Counted from the stretch's first letter, positions 1 to 6,778 are shown. The stretch: DNA of 18,918 nucleotides from Nanohaloarchaea archaeon B1-Br10_U2g1 (GCA_001563875.1 LKMN01000014.1:1-18918); one strand, 5' to 3'. Made by a program: numbers and translations. The notes: generated by a model not told the origin, from the sequence alone.

Positions 1-1
1 A

Positions 2-130
2 TGGTCCACCCGGGATTCGAACCCGGGACCGCCGCCTAACTTAAGGCAACACACAATCCTCTTATTTGAGGCCATTTTTTTGTGTGAGGTCCGTATAAGG
101 ACGGTGCTCTAACCCCTGAGCTAGTGGACC
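2..130 (-). tRNA. tRNA-Ile(UAU) with a 56-nt intron at canonical position 37/38 (exons 130-94 and 37-2); CCA apparently not encoded
   Basis: Minus strand folds as acceptor GGTCCAC/GTGGACC + A73, D arm GCTC-AGGGGTTA-GAGC, anticodon stem CCGTC/GGCGG with loop CT-TAT-A|A, variable CGGTC, T arm CCGGG-TTCGAAT-CCCGG. Anticodon TAT at 97-95. The base after A73 is T. Confidence 0.95.
38..93 (-). other. tRNA intron with bulge-helix-bulge (BHB) splice motif
   Basis: C32-T33-T34-A35 pairs with intron TAAG (4-bp central helix); 3-nt bulges TA|C and TT|A put both cuts at 37/38. The intron body forms CACACAA/TTGTGTG and CCTC/GAGG stems. Confidence 0.92.
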
Positions 131-141
131 TTGGTGTAGTC

Positions 142-160
142 AAACCAGTAGAACTGGTTT
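142..160. repeat. Perfect 8-bp inverted repeat AAACCAGT-AGA-ACTGGTTT upstream of the tRNA
   Basis: Read directly from sequence; function (leader hairpin or operator) unknown. Confidence 0.6.
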
Positions 161-282
161 TTCATCCCACTGTAAATCTTGTTTAAGGGTGTAATCTAAA
201 AAAGGCTTTCTACTTTCGGCTCTAAGTCTTTGGTTAGGTTAATAAATCTTCTACAGGAATACCTTGTTATAAACAGTTTTTT

Positions 283-289
283 AGGTGAT
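283..289 (+). promoter_or_regulatory. Shine-Dalgarno AGGTGAT of psmA
   Basis: Archaeal-type GGTGA ending 9 nt before ATG 299; similar motifs precede rrp4 (1921-1925), rrp41 (2617-2621) and pfdB (4798-4803). Confidence 0.7.
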
Positions 290-298
290 CTTTAAACT

Positions 299-1006
299 AT
301 GCAGATGACGAACCAGCAGGCACAGTACGACCGTGGAATCACTATCTTCTCACCTGACGGGAGATTGTTCCAAGTAGAATACGCAAAAGAAGCAGTTAAA
401 AAAGGTGCGACAGCGATCGGGCTTGTCTACGATGAAGGCGTGGTCTTGGCGGCGACAAGAAGCAACCAAGAACTGAAAGTTAGAAACCCTGAGAAAGTTT
501 TCAAGGTAGACGACCATATAGGGATCGTTACCTCAGGACTTGTAGCCGATGGCAGGACCCTTGTAGACGAGACACGGCAGGAAGCACAGAGATACTTAAT
601 GACTTACGACGAGGAGATTCCTACACCTGTACTTGCTACGTTCGTCGCAGACCGTTGTCAACAGTTCACACAGTACGGAGGAGTAAGACCTTACGGAGTA
701 TCAACAATATCTGGAGGAGTTAAAGACGGTAATCCTAAAGTTTATCAGACAGATCCTTCCGGAACTCTTTCACAGTGGAACGCTGTAGCGATAGGAAGAG
801 AAGGCAGCAACGTAACCGAACACCTAGAAGAGAATTGGGAAGAAGATCTCGGTGAAGAAGAGGCAATAGAACTAGCTATAGATGCACTGAAAGAAGGAAA
901 CGAGGAGTTAGAGACCGAGAATATCGAGCTGGCAGTAGTCGATCTTGAAGACAACTACCAGAGACTTGAGCCCGAAGAGCTTGAAGACAGAGGTCTAGGG
1001 GCTTAA
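299..1006 (+). CDS. psmA: 20S proteasome alpha subunit
   Basis: Signature YDRGITIFSPDGRLFQVEYA, SGLVADGR, QYGGVRPYGVS, TDPSG; position at the head of the conserved superoperon. Confidence 0.98.
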   Translation: MQMTNQQAQYDRGITIFSPDGRLFQVEYAKEAVKKGATAIGLVYDEGVVLAATRSNQELKVRNPEKVFKVDDHIGIVTSGLVADGRTLVDETRQEAQRYLMTYDEEIPTPVLATFVADRCQQFTQYGGVRPYGVSTISGGVKDGNPKVYQTDPSGTLSQWNAVAIGREGSNVTEHLEENWEEDLGEEEAIELAIDALKEGNEELETENIELAVVDLEDNYQRLEPEELEDRGLGA

Positions 1007-1039
1007 ACCCTTACACTCTCTCTACATTTTTAATTCGAT

Positions 1040-1052
1040 AAACTGTTTAAGG
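1040..1052 (+). promoter_or_regulatory. Putative BRE/TATA promoter (AAACTG-TTTAAG) for a leaderless SBDS transcript
   Basis: TTTAAG at 1046-1051 is 24-29 nt before ATG 1075, there is no SD, and a T-tract at 1027-1031 may terminate psmA. Confidence 0.55.
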
Positions 1053-1074
1053 ATTCTACAACAAGGTTCTAAAT

Positions 1075-1761
1075 ATGGACACTTCGGATGCTATCAAAGT
1101 TCAGTACCGTGGAGACAAAACCTTTGAAATACTGGTTGAACCGGACTTAGCGAAAGAGGCAAAACTTGAAGGAAAAGACCACAGTATTCAGAGACTTCTC
1201 TTTGTACAAGAAGTTTTTGTCGACGCCGGTGAAGGCGAAAGAGCTTCTGTAGACGAGCTGGACGAAGAGTTCAGTACTAAACAGATCATGGAGGCTGCGG
1301 AAGAGATATTCGAGAAAGGTGATATGCAGCTTACAACCGATCAGAAGGCAGAGATCCGTGAGGAGAAATGGAGACAGCTCGTAGATATGATAGCACGTAG
1401 AGCACAAGACCCGAAAACAGGAAACCCTCATCCTCCTCAGAGAGTAGAAAACGCTTTGGAAGAAGCAGGCTTCAACGTTACGTCTGACGACGACATAAAC
1501 GAGAAGTTCGAGGAAGCTATAACCGAGCTAAGACCGATAATACCGATTTCACTGGACGAAAAAACTGTAGCTGTCAGAATCCCTGTTGATGATGCTGGAA
1601 AAGCATACGACAGACTTCAACAGGTTGCCGACCTGAAGGATGAACAGTGGGGTAACGAATACTTTATGGCAAGAGTAACGCTTCCAGCAGGAGTGCTATC
1701 CGAGTTAATGGACGATCTGCAGGAGATGACGTCCGGTAAGACCGAGATGAAAGAAGTTTGA
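1075..1761 (+). CDS. sdo1: Ribosome maturation factor SBDS/Sdo1
   Basis: FEILVEPD, GERAS, QLTTDQK, DPKTGNPHPPQRVENALEEAG, LRPIIPI motifs; conserved position between psmA and rrp4. Confidence 0.96.
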   Translation: MDTSDAIKVQYRGDKTFEILVEPDLAKEAKLEGKDHSIQRLLFVQEVFVDAGEGERASVDELDEEFSTKQIMEAAEEIFEKGDMQLTTDQKAEIREEKWRQLVDMIARRAQDPKTGNPHPPQRVENALEEAGFNVTSDDDINEKFEEAITELRPIIPISLDEKTVAVRIPVDDAGKAYDRLQQVADLKDEQWGNEYFMARVTLPAGVLSELMDDLQEMTSGKTEMKEV

Positions 1762-1935
1762 AACTTCAGAGCAGTCTCAATACCTCTCAACTCCAACTAG
1801 AGTAGACGCCTTCCGAGGTTCCGAAACTTTCAAATAGTATAAAAGAGTTCACACCTTTTCTAATATTATAAAAACGGATTTATCTCATTTTGTGAGAAAA
1901 AGACGAAAAACTAACTTTAAAGGTGTAAAATTTGT

Positions 1936-2625
1936 ATGTCAAGAGTTAAAGAAGAAAAAGATTTAGTTACGCCTGGAGAAACAGTATTTGAAGGGGAAGA
2001 ACTTTACCCCAACTCCGGTGTGTACGAAGAAAACGGTAAAATCATTTCTAAACACGTAGGCGTAGTCGAATACGGTAAAAACTCGGTAAGAGTTGTTCCA
2101 ATGTCAGGAAGATACATTCCGAGCGAAGGAGACATTGTAATCGCAGAGATTTCTAGTGTAGGATTCTCCAACTGGAGAGCAGAGATGAACTCCGCTTATG
2201 AAGGAATGCTGAAAATCGATGTAGCAGTAGATGAATACATCGACCTGGAAGAAGACGATTTAACAGACTACTTCGACGTAGGGGACGCAATAGTAGTAGA
2301 GGTATCCTCAGTAACAGACGGCATGGACGTTAACCTATCAATGGAAGACAGAAGATGCAGAAAACTAAGAGGAGGAAGGGTAATAGAGATTTACCCAAGC
2401 AAAGTACCTAGAGTAATCGGAAAGAAAGGTACAATGGTCAAACAGATCAAGAAGAAAACCGGCTCAAAGATAATTGTAGGCCAGAACGGACTAGTATGGA
2501 TCCATGGAGAGAACGCAAACCTAGCCGCAAAAGCTGTCAAGAAGGTTGAAAGAGAAGCACACGTAGACGGACTAACTGACAAAATCGGTGAATGGCTTGA
2601 CGAACAGCTAGAGGAAGGTGAGTAA
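1936..2625 (+). CDS. rrp4: Exosome cap RNA-binding subunit Rrp4 (S1 + KH)
   Basis: LVTPGE, GRYIPSEGDIVIAEI (S1 start), PSKVPRVIGKKGTM (KH GxxG), IIVGQNGLVWI. Confidence 0.97.
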   Translation: MSRVKEEKDLVTPGETVFEGEELYPNSGVYEENGKIISKHVGVVEYGKNSVRVVPMSGRYIPSEGDIVIAEISSVGFSNWRAEMNSAYEGMLKIDVAVDEYIDLEEDDLTDYFDVGDAIVVEVSSVTDGMDVNLSMEDRRCRKLRGGRVIEIYPSKVPRVIGKKGTMVKQIKKKTGSKIIVGQNGLVWIHGENANLAAKAVKKVEREAHVDGLTDKIGEWLDEQLEEGE

Positions 2626-2627
2626 AA

Positions 2628-3359
2628 ATGGCAGAAAAAGAAGTAGAATTTTTCGATGAAGAAGGAAAAAGAGTAGACGGAAGAAAACCCAACGAACTAA
2701 GAGAAACAAAGATGGAAGTAGGAGTCCTAGAAGAAGCAGACGGATCAGCAATGGTAGAAACAGGTAACACAAGGGTGGTGGCATCAGTATTTGGACCACA
2801 AAAACTACATCCAAGACACCTACAGGAAAGTGACAGAGCAGTAATCAAGATGCGATACAACATGGCGCCGTTCTCAGTAGACGACCGGATGAGGCCAGGA
2901 CCAAACCGTAGAGCAAAAGAAATCGGATTAGTAGCCAAGAAAGCTCTAGAACCTGTAGTAGAACTTGAAAACTATCCTAAAGCAGGGATCGATATCTCTA
3001 TGGAAGTAGTAGAGTCAGACGGAGGAACAAGAGTGACAGGAATCAACGCAGCAGCACTAGCACTAGCAGACGCAGGAATCCCAATGAAAGGAATGATTAG
3101 TGCAACAGCAGCAGGAGTAGTTGAAGACAAAGTAGTTCTGGATGTCAACGGAATCGAAGACAAACAAGGAAACGCAGATATACCGATTGCAACCATCAAC
3201 GGAGGAGATGAAATCACGCTTCTACAGATGGACGGAGATATCACACCAGAGATGCTTGACGAAGGACTAGAACTAGCACGAGAAGGCTGTAAAAACCTTT
3301 ACGAACAACAGAAGAAAGCACTAGTAGAAAAATACGAAGCAATCAGAGGCGAATACTAA
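2628..3359 (+). CDS. rrp41: Exosome phosphorolytic core subunit Rrp41
   Basis: RVDGRKPNELR, ADGSA, RYNMAPFSV, PGPNRR, phosphate-binding DGGTR, LALADAGIPM, acidic ED...AD catalytic region, LLQMDG. Confidence 0.98.
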   Translation: MAEKEVEFFDEEGKRVDGRKPNELRETKMEVGVLEEADGSAMVETGNTRVVASVFGPQKLHPRHLQESDRAVIKMRYNMAPFSVDDRMRPGPNRRAKEIGLVAKKALEPVVELENYPKAGIDISMEVVESDGGTRVTGINAAALALADAGIPMKGMISATAAGVVEDKVVLDVNGIEDKQGNADIPIATINGGDEITLLQMDGDITPEMLDEGLELAREGCKNLYEQQKKALVEKYEAIRGEY

Positions 3360-4150
3360 TGAAGATAAACCAGAGAACAATCAGAAAAATGGTTGAAGAC
3401 GGAGATAGACTCGATGGAAGAGACCTAGACGAACTTAGAGATATAGAAGTCGAAACCGACTACATCAACGAGACAGCAGAAGGATCAGCAAAAGTAACAA
3501 TCGGAGATACACAAGTAGTCGTAGGACTCAAAGTCGGAGCAGAAGAACCGTTCCCAGACCGACCGAACGAAGGAACAATCGTAACAAACGCAGAGCTAGC
3601 TCCAATGGCATCCCGAGAATACGAGTCAGGACCGCCACAGGAAGCAGGAGTAGAACTAGCAAGAGTAGTAGACAGAGGTATCAGAGAAAGCGAAGCAGTA
3701 GACCTTGAAGAGCTGTGTATAGAGCCAGGAGAAAAAGTCTTAACACTCTTCTTGGATGTACACGTTCTCAACGACGACGGCAACCTGATCGATGCATCAT
3801 CGCTTGGAGCTATGGCAGCAATCAAGACAGGATACATCCCTGTATACGATGAAGAGACAGGAACACTTGAAAGAGGAGAGAAAGACAGAGACATACCTCT
3901 AGAAGAGAACCCTGTAACCGTTACAGCATCCAAGATCAACGGTAAAACCGTCTGGGATCTCACAAGCGAAGAAGAGGACGCCCGTGACGCAAGACTAACC
4001 GTATCACTTAACGAACACGGAAACGTTGTAGCGATGCAGAAGGGAGAGACAGAGCCACTGACACATGAAGAAGTAATGGAAATAGTCAAGGCCTCAGAAG
4101 AAAAAACCCGGGAGCTAAGAACTGTTCTTCAGCAAGCAGCTGGGGAATAA
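3359..4150 (+). CDS. rrp42: Exosome core subunit Rrp42
   Basis: RLDGR, AEGSA, PFPDRPNEG, ESGPP, ELARVVDRGIRES, DDGNLIDA, AMQKG; start overlaps the rrp41 stop (TAATG). Confidence 0.98.
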   Translation: MKINQRTIRKMVEDGDRLDGRDLDELRDIEVETDYINETAEGSAKVTIGDTQVVVGLKVGAEEPFPDRPNEGTIVTNAELAPMASREYESGPPQEAGVELARVVDRGIRESEAVDLEELCIEPGEKVLTLFLDVHVLNDDGNLIDASSLGAMAAIKTGYIPVYDEETGTLERGEKDRDIPLEENPVTVTASKINGKTVWDLTSEEEDARDARLTVSLNEHGNVVAMQKGETEPLTHEEVMEIVKASEEKTRELRTVLQQAAGE

Positions 4151-4186
4151 AAAACTTAGCCCCCCACTACCCTTTAAGTGGTTATA

Positions 4187-4444
4187 ATGGCAAGAAAGAA
4201 CAAGTCCTCAAAACGGTTCGGATCCCGTTACGGAAGAAAGATTAGGGAAAACGTTGACGAAGCCGAATCCAGAGAAGACAAATATGAAAGAGTGGCTCCA
4301 GGAGTATGGAAAGATAAAGAAACCGGGAAGAAGTTCACCGGAGGAGCGTACAAACCAGATACAGGAGCGGAAGAAATCCTCAAGAAAGCTCTACAGGTCG
4401 AAACCGAAGAGCTCGAAGAAGCTAAGGAAGCAATCGAGGAGTAG
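4187..4444 (+). CDS. rpl37ae: 50S ribosomal protein L37Ae (eL43), cysteine-free variant
   Basis: RFGSRYGRKIR, GVW and FTGGAYKP match eL43; it lies between rrp42 and rpoP as expected. ATG 4187 preferred over GTG 4178. Confidence 0.9.
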   Translation: MARKNKSSKRFGSRYGRKIRENVDEAESREDKYERVAPGVWKDKETGKKFTGGAYKPDTGAEEILKKALQVETEELEEAKEAIEE

Positions 4445-4447
4445 ACA

Positions 4448-4588
4448 GTGACAGGCTACAAATGTGTAAACTGTGAGGAAGACGTAGAACTAGACCCTGT
4501 ATCAGACAAGATTATCTGTCCAAAATGCAGCCACCGAGTTTTACTGAAGAAGAGACCAGAAGATCCTAACACCGTTAAAGCGGAATGA
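4448..4588 (+). CDS. rpoP: RNA polymerase subunit P (Rpo12), 46 aa; not in the supplied ORF track
   Basis: Hand translation from GTG 4448: MTGYKCVNCEEDVELDPVSDKIICPKCSHRVLLKKRPEDPNTVKAE*. YxCxxC...CPxC..RVLLKKR zinc ribbon; GAGGAG SD upstream; stop overlaps the pcc1 start (ATGA). Confidence 0.95.
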   Translation: MTGYKCVNCEEDVELDPVSDKIICPKCSHRVLLKKRPEDPNTVKAE

Positions 4589-4803
4589 GATCGGTTGTCG
4601 AAGTAGAGACACGGAACCCTGATCAGATAAGCAAGATAATTTCAAAAAGTCTTGAATCGGACAAAAACGTCAACTACAGTATAGAAACAGAAGAAGATAG
4701 AATTATAGTGAAGACGGTTACTGAAGGCCTGGGAGCGCTCAGAGGATGTACAGATACTGTTTTCAGGCTTGTAACCCTTGCCGAAAAAACATACTATAGG
4801 TGA
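4585..4803 (+). CDS. pcc1: KEOPS complex subunit Pcc1 (t6A37 synthesis)
   Basis: 72-aa protein with strand-helix-strand-strand-helix pattern and LGALRGCTDTVFRLV, like the Pcc1 LRAxxNSxLR helix; conserved position between rpoP and pfdB. Confidence 0.8.
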   Translation: MRSVVEVETRNPDQISKIISKSLESDKNVNYSIETEEDRIIVKTVTEGLGALRGCTDTVFRLVTLAEKTYYR

Positions 4804-4811
4804 ATAAGAAG

Positions 4812-5141
4812 ATGTCAGAGAACGATGCACAAAAAGTTATGATGGAGCTACAACAGGACCAACAACGTATCCAACAGGTTCTACAACAGAAAGAAGAAAC
4901 TGAGACAGAGCTCCATGAATCTAAAAGAGCTCTTGAAGAACTAAAAAACGATGATGACGGAAACGTATACAGACAGGTAGGGAACATACTTGTCTCTAAA
5001 GACCGTGAAACACTAAAGAACGATCTTGAAGAAAAAATAGAAGATCTTGAAGTCCGTAAAAAGAGCTTGGATAAAAAAGAGGAAAAACTACAGAAAAAGA
5101 TGCAAGAGTCCCAGAAAAAACTTCAGGGAAGCTTCCAGTGA
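4812..5141 (+). CDS. pfdB: Prefoldin beta subunit
   Basis: Q-rich coiled coil, RALEEL, VYRQVGNILV hairpin, second coiled coil. ATG 4812 chosen because SD AGGTGA sits at 4798-4803. Confidence 0.93.
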   Translation: MSENDAQKVMMELQQDQQRIQQVLQQKEETETELHESKRALEELKNDDDGNVYRQVGNILVSKDRETLKNDLEEKIEDLEVRKKSLDKKEEKLQKKMQESQKKLQGSFQ

Positions 5142-5151
5142 GTGGTTGAAA

Positions 5152-5397
5152 ATGCAAAAAGTTTCGACCGTAACACAGAGGATGAGAGATCTAGCAGAGA
5201 ACGGCTCCGTGCCCTCAAACGTTGGAGACCTATTGAAGGAAGCTGCCGAAAAGCTTGAGGATGAGGATGAGGAACTGTCCGTAAGAGTTAATACTGCGGC
5301 TTCAATGCTTGATCAGATAAGCAACGACCCTAACATAAAACAGCACACAAGAACAGAGATCTGGAACCTTGCATCGAAGGTTGAAAACCTAGACTAA
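5152..5397 (+). CDS. UPF0147 family protein
   Basis: SVPSNV...VRVNTAASMLDQISNDPNIKQHTRTEIWN matches the UPF0147 pattern (VPRNI...LDEISNDPNMP.HTRT.IW). Likely start ATG 5152, not 5047. Confidence 0.88.
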   Translation: MQKVSTVTQRMRDLAENGSVPSNVGDLLKEAAEKLEDEDEELSVRVNTAASMLDQISNDPNIKQHTRTEIWNLASKVENLD

Positions 5398-5461
5398 CCG
5401 GATTAATACAAAAGTATAAAAAACTCGGAAAACGACTTTTAACTGAGAGGTAACTAAAATT

Positions 5462-5824
5462 ATGGACCTAGGATTTCTTAAATCCGGAGACAACGAAACA
5501 GAAGAAGTAATAGACGACGACTTTGTGGAACTAGACGCAGAGATGACAGAAAAAACACAGAAAGTAGTAATAAGAGCTGAAACACTGAAAGAGTTCGAAG
5601 ACATTGAAAACGTCCAAGAACATCTAAGGAATAAACACGTCGTCTGGGTAAACATCAAGCCTCTTAAGAACAAAGACATGGCCGACTTAAAGAGAGCGGT
5701 TAAAAGGCTAAAGAAGACTGTGAAAGCCGTTGAAGGAGACATGGCTGGTGTGGACGAAGACTGGATCGTTGTATGTCCAAGCTATGCAGAAATTGAGAGA
5801 AGCAGTGAAAACGTAGAGAACTAA
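5462..5824 (+). CDS. sepF: Cell division protein SepF (archaeal FtsZ anchor)
   Basis: Short N-terminal amphipathic segment (MDLGFLK), DDFVEL, then core EDIENVQEHLRNKHVVWVNIKPL...LKRAVKRLK...GDMAGVDEDWIVVCPS. Confidence 0.88.
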   Translation: MDLGFLKSGDNETEEVIDDDFVELDAEMTEKTQKVVIRAETLKEFEDIENVQEHLRNKHVVWVNIKPLKNKDMADLKRAVKRLKKTVKAVEGDMAGVDEDWIVVCPSYAEIERSSENVEN

Positions 5825-5829
5825 ACTTT

Positions 5830-6444
5830 CTACTCTATAAATTTCTGTAAATTCTCTGTTTCAAAATAGCTAAGCCTGTTGTCAGGCATTCTTTTTTGAA
5901 AGCTTTCGATCAGTTCCGGGTAATCCTGACTAACCTTTTCTTTAGGCGTAATATGCTCATAACGGAACTCCTGGTCTTCATCACCGTCCACCTGAACAAC
6001 CAGGCCAGACACCTGACTAGGAGGCTCCAGTATCTGTACAACTCCATACTGTCCATGTCGCTCTTCCAAGTTAATCGAGATGTAGAGATCTTCTACTCTG
6101 GATCTGAAGAAGTTGGCAACTGAGATACTGTTTCTCCAAGCCTTACCTATTAAATCGTCTCTGTCAGCGTGTCTATAGAAGTCGATTTCACCATCAACCT
6201 TCCCCGATATCTGGCTTGACACCTCAGAGTACCGGATACTGTTCTCTGACTCATCTAAGCCCTTGATACTGTACTTTTCATCCCAGAGACGGTTATTCTT
6301 ATCTTCGGCCTCTATACTGATAGATTTCAAACCGGTTTTAGTAGAGTCGTAGAAAGGACGTATGAATACATCCGGATTATCAGCAGCCTCCATATAATCT
6401 TCTATAAGTTCTGACAAGTTCTCTACACGGGCTCTTGGTTCCAT
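5830..6444 (-). CDS. Hypothetical protein, 204 aa
   Basis: Fills the gap between sepF and the next gene, has acidic composition like its neighbours, and a TATA-like TTTAAA 23-28 nt upstream. No family recognised. Confidence 0.75.
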   Translation of the reverse strand: MEPRARVENLSELIEDYMEAADNPDVFIRPFYDSTKTGLKSISIEAEDKNNRLWDEKYSIKGLDESENSIRYSEVSSQISGKVDGEIDFYRHADRDDLIGKAWRNSISVANFFRSRVEDLYISINLEERHGQYGVVQILEPPSQVSGLVVQVDGDEDQEFRYEHITPKEKVSQDYPELIESFQKRMPDNRLSYFETENLQKFIE

Positions 6445-6461
6445 AACCGAAAAGTTATTCT

Positions 6462-6484
6462 AACGGTTTAAATTGAAAACCGTT
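6462..6484 (-). promoter_or_regulatory. Putative TATA box (TTTAAA, 6472-6467) overlapped by a perfect 8-bp dyad AACGGTTT-N7-AAACCGTT
   Basis: Dyad read directly; spacing to ATG 6444 fits a leaderless promoter. Confidence 0.55.
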
Positions 6485-6516
6485 CTACCGAACATATTTT
6501 AAAGAATACTAAACCT

Positions 6517-6537
6517 GTTTCAGGACTGGTCTGAAAC
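6517..6537. repeat. Inverted repeat GTTTCAG-N7-CTGAAAC just downstream of the zinc-finger gene; possible 3' hairpin or operator
   Basis: 7-bp perfect stem starting 14 nt past the stop at 6551. Confidence 0.4.
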
Positions 6538-6550
6538 CTTATCTAAAGTC

Positions 6551-6778
6551 CTAAATTTTCTCCAAACCCATCTCTTCTCTGACATCCTCCATCTTCTGTT
6601 CTAGGTCAGCAACTCTGTCATCTATATCACCTGCTCCAAACCTTACTAACTCTCTTATACAGTCTTTACAGTATATCTCTCCGTTGAACTCTATTGCATC
6701 TTCAGGAAGTACGTCTGGTTCTTCACCGCCCATATCAATAAGTTTGTCGCACTTAGAACATCTTATCCGGTATACCAT
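6551..6778 (-). CDS. Small C4 zinc-finger protein with C-terminal coiled coil, 75 aa
   Basis: CSKC...CKDC and heptad tail IDDRVADLEQKMEDVREEM; own promoter-like GAAAAAAC-TTTAAC at 6813-6800. Confidence 0.8.
   Translation of the reverse strand: MVYRIRCSKCDKLIDMGGEEPDVLPEDAIEFNGEIYCKDCIRELVRFGAGDIDDRVADLEQKMEDVREEMGLEKI

Noticed and set aside
1-37. tRNA 3' end as an integration (att) site
   Set aside because: The 3' flank is outside the window; I saw no duplicate of the tRNA end and no integrase inside it.
38-93. Intron-encoded box C/D guide RNA, as in euryarchaeal tRNA-Trp introns
   Set aside because: No RUGAUGA or CUGA boxes in the 56-nt intron.
4254-4451. Alternative-frame 65-aa basic ORF inside rpl37ae, considered as a frameshift partner restoring the zinc ribbon
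   Set aside because: It has no cysteines or eL43 motifs, and the main frame already carries both conserved halves.
5047-5151. Basic N-terminal extension of the UPF0147 ORF
   Set aside because: Overlaps pfdB out of frame; family similarity begins at ATG 5152.
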